Shown: piece after piece, positions 49,735 through 61,724 of the stretch | How positions within the stretch are numbered: the first letter of the stretch is position 1 | Layout: each line of letters starts with the position of its first letter | Notes under the pieces: model-generated | Databases searched by the model: none | What the model was told of the DNA's origin: nothing | Seen by the model: the letters and a program-made list of their open reading frames with translations, nothing else | NCBI RefSeq assembly: GCF_018350175.1 | Contig: NC_058370.1 | Span: 121,644,001-121,708,000 of the forward strand | Direction: 5' to 3' | Length of the DNA stretch: 64,000 nucleotides | Source of the DNA: Felis catus | Lineage: Eukaryota | Program-made: the position numbers and the translations under genes

Positions 49735-49934
49735 GGGGCGCCTGGGTGGTTCAGATGGCTGAGTCCAACTTCAGCTCAGGTCATGATCTCACAGTTTGTG
49801 AGTTTGGGCCCCGCGTTGGGCTCTGTGCTGACAGCTCAGAGCCTGGAGCCTCCTTCGGGTTCTGTGTCTCCCTCTCTCTCTGCCCCTCCCCTGCTCACAC
49901 TCTGTCTCTCCCTCTTAAAAATAAACATTAAAAA
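49735..49934 (+). mobile_element. CanSINE
   Basis: ggggcgcctgggtggttcag...(CT)n...A-tail. TSD aaaatgggat(a/c)ata at 49721-49734 and 49935-49948. Confidence 0.95.
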
Positions 49935-49954
49935 AAAATGGGATCATAACAGCA

Positions 49955-50110
49955 GCCTCATTCAGTCACTTATTCACCAAATATTTAGGCTCCTGCCACA
50001 GGCCAGCATTGTTCTAGATCCCTGGGAGATAGGAATGGAAAACAAATAAACCCTGACCAGGACCCCATCCCACCATCAGGGATCTAGTTGGGTTGAGAGA
50101 GCAAAATAAA
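49955..50110 (-). mobile_element. L2 LINE 3' end
   Basis: cattcagtcacttattcaccaaatatttaggctcctgccacaggccagcattgttctag. Confidence 0.65.
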
Positions 50111-50962
50111 ACAGGAGGATTTAATGCACACTAAGTTGTTGGGTAGCGATGAGCACTCTTAAGAAATGCGAAGCAGGGCAGGGGCTTCCGAGTAATGGGT
50201 GCAGGACTGGGTATGTGGTTTCATCCCTCCAGGTCCACCCCTCGCCTCTTGGGCCTGTTCTGTGCGCTGGAAGGTGGGGTCTGAGGACTTCAGCAGGCTC
50301 CCTTGCCCTCTGGCTCCAGGCACAGGAGATGGAGGGCGGATATTTACTCCGGCTCTCCCCTTGGGGCTGATGTGGGTGGTAACTGCTTCCCTCCACCCAA
50401 GGCCACGGCTCCCAGGCACTGCCCCTCCAACAGTACAGCTCTGTCTCTGCATTCTGACAACCACACCCTCCTCTCTTGCGGCTTCTGGCAGGAAGTACCA
50501 GCTTCTTCCCGTTGTCTGCCCTGCGGCACTTCGCCTTCCCTGAACAGAAGAACACTTTGGTAAGCTCACCCTTCATTAAGCAGTCTCCCATTGCCCCTCT
50601 TTGAGTGTGCCTTTCGCTGAGACCCTGCCAGGACGTGACTTCAGACCTAGTGGTCAGGTGAGGCCTTCCTGATGACATGCCTTTGGGCTGAGCACTGAGC
50701 CTTCATCTGAAGACGCCTGGACTCACGACAGTGTTCAGTGGTGGACACATCCTCAGCATGTGAGAAGGACAGTCAAGACACCAGGGAGGCTGAGGCACAG
50801 TGAGAAAGACTGGGGATGGTAGATGAATGCGGAGGAGTAGCCGGGGTCAAATCTTGTAGTCAAGGGAAGGGGTTTGGCTATTTTTGAGTGAGACAGAGAA
50901 CCACTGAAAGATTTTGAGTAGAAAATGACATGGTCAGATTTATGTTTTGAAAGAATCACTGT

Positions 50963-51143
50963 GGGATGCCTGTGTGGCTCAGTCAGTTAAGTGTCTGACT
51001 CTTGATTTTGGCTTGGGTCATGATCTCATGGTTCATGGGATCGAGCCCTGCGTCGGGGCTCTCTCTCCCTCTCTTTCTCTGCTCCTCCCCTACTTGTTCT
51101 CTCTCTCTCTCTCAAAATAAATAAATAAACTTTAAAAAAATTA
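50963..51143 (+). mobile_element. CanSINE (older subfamily, internal deletion)
   Basis: gggatgcctgtgtggctcagtcagttaagtgtctgactcttgattttggc... TSD aaagaatcact at 50950-50960 and 51144-51154. Confidence 0.92.
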
Positions 51144-51157
51144 AAAGAATCACTCTG

Positions 51158-51282
51158 AGAGTACACTTATCATGATAAGCACCGAGTAATATATAGGGTG
51201 TTGAATCACTATACTGCATACCTAAAACGAATATAACACTGTATGTTAACTATACTGGAATTAAAAAAACTAAAAAAAAAAA
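51158..51282 (+). mobile_element. Short carnivore L1 3'-terminal fragment
   Basis: tgttgaatcactatactgcatacctaaaacgaatataacactgtatgttaactatactggaattaaaa plus A-tail. Confidence 0.85.
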
Positions 51283-52903
51283 TTCATTCTGGGTGATGTG
51301 TGGACAACTGACTGTGGGTGGGAAGACTAGAATCTGGAAGACTAGTTAGGAGGCAATACCAATGGCCCAGTGAGAGAGAAGGTGGCCTGGACAAGATGGC
51401 GGTCTGGACAAGATGGCGGCAGTGGAGGCAGTGTGAAGTAGTTGGATTTGGGATCTCATTGAAGGGAGAGCCCATTGGATTTCCTGGGATATGAGAGTTG
51501 ACAATGACTATGGTTTCTGGCTTGAGCGTCAGGGAAGAGAGTTCTTGTGAGGCACAGATAGAGGAAGGTCAGTGAACACATTATAAACTATAAAATGCTG
51601 GGCAGTGCTAAGGGGCTGAGATGAAGGTGTTCAACAATGGAGCTAGAACCTCACCCAACCTCAGAATCCTGAACAGTATTCTTCTCTTCCTCCTTGGGAG
51701 ATGGGAAGAGAAGCCATCAGAAAGCCTCAGGCTGGTTAGAAAGATAAGACTCATATGTAGCAAGAGTAGAGGTCAGTAGGAAGCCTTGGGTGACAGGTGA
51801 GAAACTAAGCAGTGTGGGCCACATGTCCCCCAGAGAGGGGGACTTAGGCCCTGGAGAGCTGGATGGAGGAGAGGGAGAGAGAGGCTCTCCTCTGCCTTCC
51901 CTAGACCAGAGGCTGGGGCTGCCCTTGGCATTGCCAGGATGAGGATGAGACTTGCAGAGGAAGGTGGGGCTGGGTGCTGGAATCTGCCCTGGGAAAGGAT
52001 AGAGAGCCACTAGGGGGAGAAAGTGGTATTGCCTGAGGGTCCCACCTTGTTCTTGGAGCCCACACGTAAGCAGAAATAAGTACAGGGTAGGAGGAAGAGC
52101 AGAGACCCCTGGAAGTTGGGCCACCAGCAGAACCTGGTGACAATTCAAATGGAGGGTAATGTGAGCATTGGTGAGGAGGCTAAGTTTGCAAAGAGCAAAA
52201 GACTCAGAGACCATTTTCTCCTCATCAAATGGGACTAATAACAATGCCCACTTCCACACTTGTGAGGATCACATAAAGTACCTGGGGAAGACTGGTGTGC
52301 TGCAGAGCCCCAGTGCATGTTCTGTGAACACCAGGTTCAGTGGCTTCCCTGAAATGTTGGCCAGATGGGACATGGGGCAGAGGCTGAGCTATGGAAGGGG
52401 TGTAATTCCAGAGCTGATGGGAGCCCAGAGGGCTCAGCAGACATGTACAGAAATCAACCTGATGTCCTGGGTAGAATTCTGGAGGAGCTTTGTTTTGGTG
52501 GAGGCAGTGCTGACCTCAGTCTGGAGGGAGCTGCAGGCCCAAATTCCCATCAGCCACATCCAGGGTGTGGGTGCCACGGCCCTGTGGGAACCATATAGCC
52601 TACGTCCTCCCCACTGGCGCTCTGCTACATCCACGTGGGCCTCTTGCTGTTTCCTGAATGGGCCGCACATGCAGCCTCCAGCCCGAGCCCTTCCTGCAGG
52701 CATCTGTGTCACCCCCCTTCTCTCCTTAGGGTCTCTGGTCAGGTGCTTCTTCCTGACCCTGTTGTTTGCACACCCAACACCTCTTATTTATTTTTCTCCA
52801 TTGTACTCATAAACATTATGTGTGTGACTCAAAAGAATGTGTATTCTCTAGAGACAGTTTTCTCTTGTGACAGTATTCTATACCTGTCCATTAAGTCATA
52901 TTT

Positions 52904-53101
52904 GTTTATTTATTTATTTTTTAAACATTTATTTATTTTTGAGAGAGTGCAAGCCAGGGAGGGGCAGAGAGAGGGGGACAGAGGATCCAAAGCAGGCTCT
53001 GTGCTGACAGAACTCACGAACCGCGCTTGAACTCACAAACTGCAAGGTCATGACCTGAGCTGAAGTCAAATGCTCAATCGACTGAGCCACCCAGGTGTCC
53101 C
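52904..53101 (-). mobile_element. CanSINE
   Basis: TSD taagtcatattt at 52892-52903 and 53102-53113. Confidence 0.93.
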
Positions 53102-53448
53102 TAAGTCATATTTATTAATTGCATCAAATCTTCTATACTCTTACCTTTTTTGGGGGGGAAGGGTCTGCTTGTTCTTTCTGTTTTTTAGAAAATGGGTTAA
53201 CAATCTCCCATTGGGGTTGTATGATTTTCCATTTTTTCTTTTCCTTGTAGTTCTATCAATTTTGGCCGTATGCATTTTGAGCCTTTGTCCTTAGGTGCAT
53301 ACAGTTGTATCTTCCTGGTGAACTGAGGTTTTGGTTTTACATTATGTCATTTAACTCTAGTATTGCTTTTTGTCTTAAAGTCTACTTAGTCTGGTATTGG
53401 TGTCGCTACACCTGCTCTTTGCATGGTTTATCTTTTTTTTTCCTTCTT

Positions 53449-53674
53449 AAATTTTTTTTTTTAAATGTTTACTTATTTTTGAGAGGGAGGGAGAGAGAGA
53501 GACAGAGCAAAAGCAGGGGAGGGGCAGAGAGAGATGGAGACACAGAATCCCAAGCAGGCTCCAGTCCCTGAGCCATTGGCACAGAGTCTGACATGGGGTT
53601 CGAACCCACAAACCATGAGATCATGACCTGAGCCTAAGTAGGGTGCCCAACTGACTGAACCACCCAGGTACCTC
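53449..53674 (-). mobile_element. CanSINE
   Basis: gagacacagaatcccaagcaggctcc...cacccaggtacc. TSD-like ttttccttctt on both sides. Confidence 0.93.
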
Positions 53675-56094
53675 TCCTTTTCCTTCTTTTAACTTTTAAT
53701 CTTTCTACATCTTTTATCCTTTAATGTGTTTTTTATAAAAAGCATATAATAAGAATTCTCAAATTCAATTTGAAATGGTTGATCTTTAGTTGGAACATAT
53801 ATATTTGATGTATTTAGGTTTAAATTTATCATTTAACAAAATGGTTTCTACTGGTCTCACCATGTAGAACAAGTTTTCCCTTTGCTTTCTTTTGGATTAA
53901 GTGTTTTGTATTATTTCATTGTAATATCCATAGATGTTATCATCTGCATCCTTGACTAACTAAAGGCTAATATCAGTTGATACTTATATTCTCTTCCTTG
54001 TCAATTCAAGGGTCTTAAAATAATTTAGCTCCATTCCCCTGTCCCTTGCCAGTTTTGCATCTATTTGATTTCCCTATATGTGTTAAGGTCTGTATGAGAG
54101 TATCTTTTATTGTTTTATAAGCCAATATTCATTTAGATATACATTTTTTTACTTTTTTTTTTTTGCTACTTTTCATTAATACCTGAAACTCCAATCTTTA
54201 ATTTTGAATTAATTTCCTTCTGCTTGAAGAACATGCTGTAGTATATTCTGTAATGTGCATTTTTCTGGGGACAAATTATCTCAGGTTTTTTTGTTTGGAC
54301 ACTAAAAAAAAAAAAGTCACCTTTGTTCTTGAAGGGTATTTTCACTGGGTATAAAATTCTAAGCTGGCAGTTTCTTTCAGCACTTTAAAGATATATTCCA
54401 TTGTTCTCTGACTTCCAAAGTTACTTGTTAATTACTGTACCTTGAAAGTAGTCTTCTTTTCTTGATTTTTAGAATTTTTTCTTTGTCTTCTGTTTCCACA
54501 GTTTTACTATGAGTGCCTCAGTGGACTTCTTTTTCTTTATCCTGCTTGGAGTTTGTAGTGATCTTTGTATCTGTGACAATGTCTTTTCAATAGTTTGGGA
54601 ATGTTCTCAGCCATTATCTATTTTTTATCCTTTAAAATTTTAATTCTTGTGTAGTTAACATACCGTGTTATATTAGTTTTAGCTGTACAATGTAGTGATG
54701 CAACAGTTCCATATATTACTCAGTACTCATCAAGGTAACTGTGTGCTTAATCCCCTTCATCTATTTCACCCATTCCCGCCCCTCCCCCCTCCCCCCTCCC
54801 CCCCCCCACCTTTCTGGTAACTATCAGTTTGTTCTCTATAGTTAAGAGTCTGTTTTTTGGTTTGTCTCTCTTTCTTTTTTTCCTTTGTTGATTTGTTTTG
54901 TTTCTTAAATTCTACTCATGAGTGAAATCATACAGTATTTGTCTTCCTCTGACTGGCTTATTTCACTTAGCATTATACTTTCCAGATCTATCCATGTTGT
55001 TGCGGATTGCAAGATTTCATTTTTTTTATGGCTAATAATCCATAGTGTATATATACCACATCTTCTTTGCCCATTCATCTATTAGTGGACTCTTGGGCTG
55101 CTTCCATAGTTTGGCTATTATAAATAATGCTGCAATAAACACAGGGGAGCATATATCCCTTCAAATTAGTGTTTTCATATTCTTCGGGTAAATATCCAAT
55201 AGTGTGATTACTGGATTGTAGGGTAGTTCTGTTTTAATTTCTTTGAGGAACCTCCATACTGTCTTCCACAGTGGCTGTGACAGTTTGCATTCCTATCAAC
55301 AGAGCATGAGTGTTCCTTTTTCACCACCTCCTTGCAAACACTTGTTTCTTGAGTTTTTGATTTTAGCCATTCTGACAGGTGTAAATTGATGCCTCCTTGC
55401 GGTTTTGATTTGTATTTCCCTGATGAGTGATGAGCATCTTTTCATGTGTCTGTTGGCCATATGGAGGTCTTCTTTGGAGAAATGTCTGTTCATTTCTCAT
55501 CCCCTTTTTTCAAATTGGATTATTGGGGTTNNNNNNNNNNNNNNNNNNNNNNNNNNNNNNNNNNNNNNNNNNNNNNNNNNNNNNNNNNNNNNNNNNNNNN
55601 NNNNNNNNNNNNNNNNNNNNNNNNNNNNNNNNNNNNNNNNNNNNNNNNNNNNNNNNNNNNNNNNNNNNNNNNNNNNNNNGTAGTCCCAATAGTTTATTTT
55701 TGCTTTCGTTTCCTTTGCCTCAGGAGACATATCTAGAAAGATGTTGCTGCAGTAAATATCAGAGAAATTACTCTTCTAGGATTTTTATGATTTCAGGTCT
55801 CACATTTAGGCCCTATTTTTATATATGGTATAAGAAAGTGGCCCAGTTCCAATCTTTTGCATATAGCTGTCCAGTTTTCCCAACACCATTTGTCAAAAAG
55901 ACTGTCTTTTTTCCATTGTCTCCTTTGTCAAAGATTAATTTACATGTAATTAATAACCCATATAATTGTGGGTTTATTTCTAGGCTTTCTATTATTTTCC
56001 ATTGATATATGTGTCTATTTCTTATGCCAGTACCATACTTTTTTGATTACTACAGTTTTGTAAATAACTTGAAATCTGGAATTACACCTCCAGT

Positions 56095-56301
56095 TTTCTT
56101 TTTCTTTTTTAATATTTATTTATTTATGTTGAGAGACGGAACAAGTGGGGGAGGGACAGAGAGAGAGAGAGAGAGAGAGAGAACCCCAAGTAGACTCCAT
56201 ACTCAGCACAGAACCCAATGTGGGGCTTGATCTCACAACTAACAGATCATGACCTGAGCCAATATTAAGAGTTGGATGCTTAATGACTGAGCCACCCAGG
56301 T
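56095..56301 (-). mobile_element. CanSINE nested in L1 (5' end runs into N-gap)
   Basis: (GA)n...gatcatgacctgagccaatattaagagttggatgcttaatgactgagccacccagg. Confidence 0.9.
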
Positions 56302-56619
56302 NNNNNNNNNNNNNNNNNNNNNNNNNNNNNNNNNNNNNNNNNNNNNNNNNNNNNNNNNNNNNNNNNNNNNNNNNNNNNNNNNNNNNNNNNNNNNNNNNNN
56401 NNNNNNNNNNNNNNNNNNNNNNNNNNNNNNNNNNNNNNNNNNNNNNNNNNNNNNNNNNNNNNNNNAAGAATATTTGTTCTTCCAATCTGTGAACTTGGAA
56501 TGTTTTATTTCTTTGTATCATCTTTAATTTCTTTCATCAGTCTTTTATAGTTTTCAGAGTACAGGTCTCTCACCTCTTTGGTTAAGTTTATTCCTAGGTA
56601 TTTTATTATTATTGTTGCT

Positions 56620-56729
56620 TTTATTAGATTTTAAAAAGAATTTTAACTAAACTCTACATCATATGTGGAGCTTGAACTCATGACCCTGTGACCAAGAGTT
56701 GCATGCTGACTGAGCCTGCCTGGTGCCCC
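56620..56729 (-). mobile_element. Short tRNA-derived SINE (CanSINE head without the CT body) nested in L1
   Basis: ggagcttgaactcatgaccctgtgaccaagagttgcatgctgactgagcctgcctggtgcccc. Confidence 0.75.
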
Positions 56730-57590
56730 TATTATTTTTGGTACAAATGTAAATGGGGCTTTTTTTTTTTTTAATTAAATTTCTCTTTATGCTGCTTCAA
56801 TATTAGTGTATAGAAATGCAATGGATTTCTGTACATTGATTTTGTATACTGTAACTTTAATGAATTCATTATCAGTTCTAGTAGTTTTTTTGGTGGAGTC
56901 TTTAGGGTTTTTCATATAGAGTGTCGTGTTGTATGCAAATAGTGAAAGTTTTACTTCTTTCTTACCAGTTTGGATGCCTTTTATTTCTTTTTCTTGTCTT
57001 ATTGCTGTTGGTAGGACTTCCAGTACTATGTTAAATAGAAGTGATGAGAGTGTGGACATCCTTGTCTAGTTCCTGACCTTAGGAGAANNNNNNNNNNNNN
57101 NNNNNNNNNNNNNNNNNNNNNNNNNNNNNNNNNNNNNNNNNNNNNNNNNNNNNNNNNNNNNNNNNNNNNNNNNNNNNNNNNNNNNNNNNNNNNNNNNNNN
57201 NNNNNNNNNNNNNNNNNNNNNNNNNNNNNNNNNNNNNNNNNNNNNNNNNNNNNNNNNNNNNNNNNNNNNNNNNNNNNNNNNATGTATCATATCATGTTGA
57301 TTGATTTGCAAATATTGAACCACTCTTGCATCCTGGGAATAAATCCTTCTTGGTCATAGTGAACAATTTTNNNNNNNNNNNNNNNNNNNNNNNNNNNNNN
57401 NNNNNNNNNNNNNNNNNNNNNNNNNNNNNNNNNNNNNNNNNNNNNNNNNNNNNNNNNNNNNNNNNNNNNNNNNNNNNNNNNNNNNNNNNNNNNNNNNNNN
57501 NNNNNNNNNNNNNNNNNNNNNNNNNNNNNNNNNNNNNNNNNTATTTTTTGGGGTAAATTTGAGAAGAATAGGTATCAACTCTTCTTTAAA

Positions 57591-57800
57591 AATTTTTTTA
57601 TGTTTATTTATTTTTAAGAGAGAGACAGAGTGTGAGCAGGGCAGGGCAGATAGAGAGAGAGGGAGACACAGAATCTGAAGCAGGCTCCAGGCTCTTGGCC
57701 ATCAGCAAAGAGCCCAACGCAGGGCTTGAACCCACGAACTGCGAGATCATGATCTGATCTGAAGTCAGAGGCTTAACCAACTGAGTTACCCAGGCGCCCC
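57591..57800 (-). mobile_element. CanSINE nested in L1
   Basis: TSD aact(c/a)ttctttaaa at 57577-57590 and 57803-57816. Confidence 0.93.
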
Positions 57801-58302
57801 TTAACTATTCTTTAAACGTTTGGTAGAATTCACCTATGAAGCTGTGTGGTCCTGGACTTTTGTTTGTTGGAATTTTTTGATTACTGATTCAATTTCATTG
57901 CTGATAATCAGTCTTTTCAAATTTTCTATTTTTTCCTGCTTCAGTTTGGGGAGGTTATACATTTCTAGGAATGTGTCCTTCTCTTCTAGGTTGTCCAATT
58001 TGTTGGCACATAATTTTTCATCATATTCTCTTACAATAATTTGTATTTCTGTGGTGTCTGTTGTTATTTCTCCCCTTCATTTGTGATTTTGCTTATTTGA
58101 GTCCTCTCTGTCTCTGTCTCTCTCCCTCTTTATGAGTCTGGCTAGAGGCTTATCAGCTTTTTTGATCTTTTCAAAGAAACAGCTCCTGGTTTCATTGATC
58201 TGTGCTCTTGTTTTTTTAGTTTCTATATCAGTTATTTCTGCTCTAATCTGTTATTTCATTCCTTCTGCTGGTTTTGGGTTTTATTTGTTCTTCTTTCTCC
58301 AC

Positions 58303-59260
58303 CAGCCATTATCTCTTAAACAATTGCTTCTGGTCCATGTTCTCTCCCCTCCCCTCTCTTTCTCTGGAATTCCAATCATATATATGTTAAACCTTTTCAG
58401 CAAAACTCCAATGTCTCTTACCTTTTTTTTTTCTTTTGGTATTTTTCTCTTGTGTCTCTGTACTCAGTGTGGGATATTTTTTCTAACCAATCTTTTAGTC
58501 AATTTTTAAAGTCATTATTGAGCTCTTAATTTGGGGTATTATGCATTTATTTATACTTGGATTTAAAAAAATAGTTTCTGGTTCTGTGCTGAAAACCCTC
58601 ATTTTGTCTTTTAACAAAAAGATTTGATCTTGGTAAGGTATAGTAATTTTAAAGTTTGTTTCCAACAACTCTAATATATCTGGAGCAACTGTGGGTCTGT
58701 TTCTATTTTTTTGTTGTTGTTTCTACTGGTATTTGTTCATGTTGTATCCTTGTGTCTGTTTGTTCTTTTTATTGTGTGCAAGGTTCTGTCTTTGCACTTT
58801 ACTTTTAAAAATAATTTGAGGCCTAAGATGCTGTTATCTTCCTTCCAAGATTATTTGTTTTCTTCTCATGGGCACCCGGTGCACTAGCAATCCGAAATCA
58901 CTTTAATTCAATTTGAAGCTGAGAGGCCCAGGGTGCCTATAAGGTCCCAAACCAAAGCAAGTGAAGGAGTCACTGATTCCCATTGCTCTCTTGGCAGATT
59001 CTGGACTCCAGTCCTGGTCGTCTGGCCCCATGTGGCTGTCAAAAGTCTTGCTCAGCTCTCAGCTGTCCCTTCAGAGCAGGCAAACAGTCCTGGGAAAAAA
59101 CCAGCCCAAGATGCTCAGTTCACGTGCATGGACCTCTGTTCTCCAGACTTTGATGTGGCAAGTCTTCACTATCTTCTTGGCTCTCTAGTGCCTTGAAGAC
59201 TTATTATCTGATTTTCTAGTTGTGTTCAGCAGAACGATTGGTCAGAAGTTCCTAGTCGAC
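58303..59260 (-). mobile_element. Old L1 (L1M-like) relic, right part
   Basis: tttctctggaattccaatcatatatatgttaaacc continues the host L1 after the TSD. Confidence 0.65.
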
Positions 59261-59339
59261 TATTTTAAACATGGAACACACTAGCACTTACTACTATTTA
59301 ACGTATTACATTTTTTTTTACTACTTTTTTTCTTGTTGT

Positions 59340-59455
59340 TTTCTCATTCCCAGGAAAGTAAGCTCCATGAGGGCAGTAATCTTTGTCTGTATGTTTACTG
59401 CTCCATCCAAAGCACTTGAAACTGTGCTTGGCATGTAGCTGGTGAATGAATGCGT
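59340..59455 (+). mobile_element. L2 LINE 3' end
   Basis: gtaagctccatgagggcagtaatctttgtctg...gtgcttggcatgtag...tgaatgaatg. Confidence 0.8.
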
Positions 59456-60359
59456 GACTATGTTATCTGACTCTACAGCCATGAAGATTTACCCAACAAG
59501 CAAGAATCTGCATTTCTAGATTTGTAGAGGCATATGAAGTCCAGAAAGTAAGGGGACTTGGGCCAAGTTTCTGCAGTGAGTTGAGACAGTCAAGACCCAG
59601 GGCTTCTGAGTAGCATTTTAGGGCACCTGCCAATGCACAGAGCTACTTTCCTATGCCAGAACCAAGGACAGGGCTGAAGTGGGGACAAGGAGAGACCTGC
59701 CTGTCAGAAAACTGATGGCACTGAGTATTTCGGGTTCAGAAGCCACACAAGCCCCAGGGGGCTAAGGCAAACAGAGGGCTCACAGGGAAGCGGAAGATCA
59801 GGGAGACGCCTGTGTTTTTAAGCTTTTGTCATTCCATGTGGCTCGTTCTTTACCCTGCCCACCACAGCACCAATGTGAGGTGGACTTTATTCCAGGTAAA
59901 AAATGAAGAAAACGCCCATTAAGCTGCTCAGAGAGTAGCAGATTCTCTACACAAGCTCGCTCAGATGGTGACGAGGTAAGGAGCTGTGTCCACACCACAC
60001 CAGTACAGACACATCAGGGTGCATTTGTGCATTCAGCCCTGGATGGGCAGCAGGAGTCAGGTTAGGAGCACAGGCCAGGCCATGGGCCTACCCGGTCCAG
60101 CAAATGCAGAGTGAGGACGTACCCCATCCCACGCCCACCCCACCCCTACCCCAACACCCACTCGAAGGGCCTGTAATTCTAAGCACTGGGAGAAAGGACT
60201 TGGTGGCAGGGAGAAGGCCAACCAGAGGGTGAGCATTCCTTGCTGTTTCTGGCACCATATGAGCCCCGAGGGACTGCCGGACATGCTTGTCACACCAACA
60301 CTCATCTGCTCAATCCACCCTTCCTACCTGGGTGATGGACCTCCTGTCACCAAGCCACT

Positions 60360-60620
60360 GGATATAGTGGTGAGGCCGTGCGACTGTGGCATCACACAGG
60401 GGTATGGGTTCAAATCTAAACAGGAATCTGGTTCACATCTGTTGCTTAGATCAGTGATGCAGTCTTGGGCCAATTATTTAACTTCTTTATGTCTGTTTCC
60501 TCACTCATAAAATGGGGGATAATAAACACTACCTCTTATACCAAATAAACACGTAAAGTGCCTACTACAGGGTCTGGCACGTAGTGAGAGCTGGTTAAAC
60601 ACTTGTCATTGTTACTATCA
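60360..60620 (+). mobile_element. MIR SINE relic
   Basis: tcttgggccaattatttaacttc...tgtttcctcactcataaaatgggggataataa...gtaaagtgcc...ctggcacgtagtg. Confidence 0.8.
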
Positions 60621-60639
60621 CCTGCCCTGAATTTCTCAA

Positions 60640-61150
60640 ACCCTCCCGTTTCTCTTTTCCCCATCACTATTCCTGATACGTGGTCACCATCACTGTGAAT
60701 TTCTACATCTGGCTCCACACCGGTGTCCCTGCTTCCTGTCTCATCACCCCACAGTGCAGCCAGAGAGAACTTTGTGAAGTGCACAACGAATCACTGTGCC
60801 CATAGACCCTTAAGTGGCTCCCCACTGCCCTCAGGATGTGGGCCATACTGACCTCTCCAGCTCATGTCTGAGTGCTATCCCCCTCAGTGGAAGGATGGAA
60901 CTGCTGTCCATCCTCCAAAGGACCAAGCTTTTTCCTATCACTGGGACTCTCCAAGGGAACTATTTTTCTTTTACTGCCCCACTGTCATCTGGATATTTCC
61001 ACCTCATCCTATAGGTCTCAGATTAGCTCCTAGTACCGACCGCCGCCATTGCCAACTCTGTTTCACCTTGCTGTATCACTGGGTATCTGTTGTCACCACT
61101 CCCAGGCCTGGAGAGTAGGGTCTCTTAATATATATTTGTCAAATGAATGA
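60640..61150 (+). mobile_element. L2 LINE 3' relic
   Basis: cacagtgcagccagagagaacttt...agtggctcccactgccctcagg...tttgtcaaatgaatga. Confidence 0.65.
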
Positions 61151-61724
61151 CAAAATGGTTTCAGGAGAACAGGTTAACAGAATCACAGATGAAAGAGAAC
61201 CCTGTGATTGACCTCACCTGCCGGTCCAAGACTCTTTTGGAACCGGCTCCTATACAAACCTCCTCGTAATTATTCTATTCCTGTTCCCCACACAAGGCTC
61301 GCGAAAACCCGTAAATATTTTGTTTCCTAATTGCTTATCTGCACCTTAATCACATAGCAGTTTTATTATTATTGTCACCATTATCGTTATTATTAATGGT
61401 GATAAATAAAACAGTGCATAAAAGTATTGCCAGCAAAAAACAATTGCGTGATTTAGAATTTTTAATTAATAAGAGTTGGGGTTTGTATAGAGTGCCCTGT
61501 GTGAGAATGGATAATCCTCAGTGCCTCCCCCAACGGGTTTGGTATCTAAATGCTCCATATTGTAATTTCCATCCTGAGGGGCCCACAGAACTTAGAAATT
61601 CATCAGTTCTCTGGTTATCTGGTTCCTATCAGCATCGCTTTCTCCAAATGAATGCATTTCAATTAAAGGAAGAATTTACCAGAGTAAATGTGCAGTGTGT
61701 ATTTTGTGAATTATAGCTCTAACT

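Larger units (their letters stand above)
50700..51560 (-). mobile_element. L2 LINE relic, split by SINE and L1 insertions at 50963-51282
   Basis: ccactgaaagattttgagtagaaaatgacatggtcagatttatgttttgaaagaatcact | ctgggtgatgtgtgga...gactagttaggaggc. Confidence 0.8.
52830..54619 (-). mobile_element. Old L1 (L1M-like) relic, left part; continues at 58303-59260
   Basis: T-rich decayed L1 sequence such as ttaggtgcataca...tcttcctggtgaact and gtattttcactgggtataaaattctaagctggcag. Confidence 0.75.
54620..58302 (-). mobile_element. 5'-truncated carnivore L1 (ORF2 3' half and 3' UTR), inactive, with nested SINEs and four N-gaps
   Basis: ORF2 relic peptides [38 protein letters not shown] (RT FADD motif degraded) and MNRHFSKEDLHMANRHMKRCS. 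3' UTR with G-rich tract. 12-bp TSD cagccattatct at 54608-54619 and 58303-58314. Confidence 0.93.

Noticed and set aside
55296-57059. L1 ORF2-like ORFs as functional genes
   Set aside because: Fragmented, RT motif degraded (FAYN for FADD), 5'-truncated and interrupted by SINEs.
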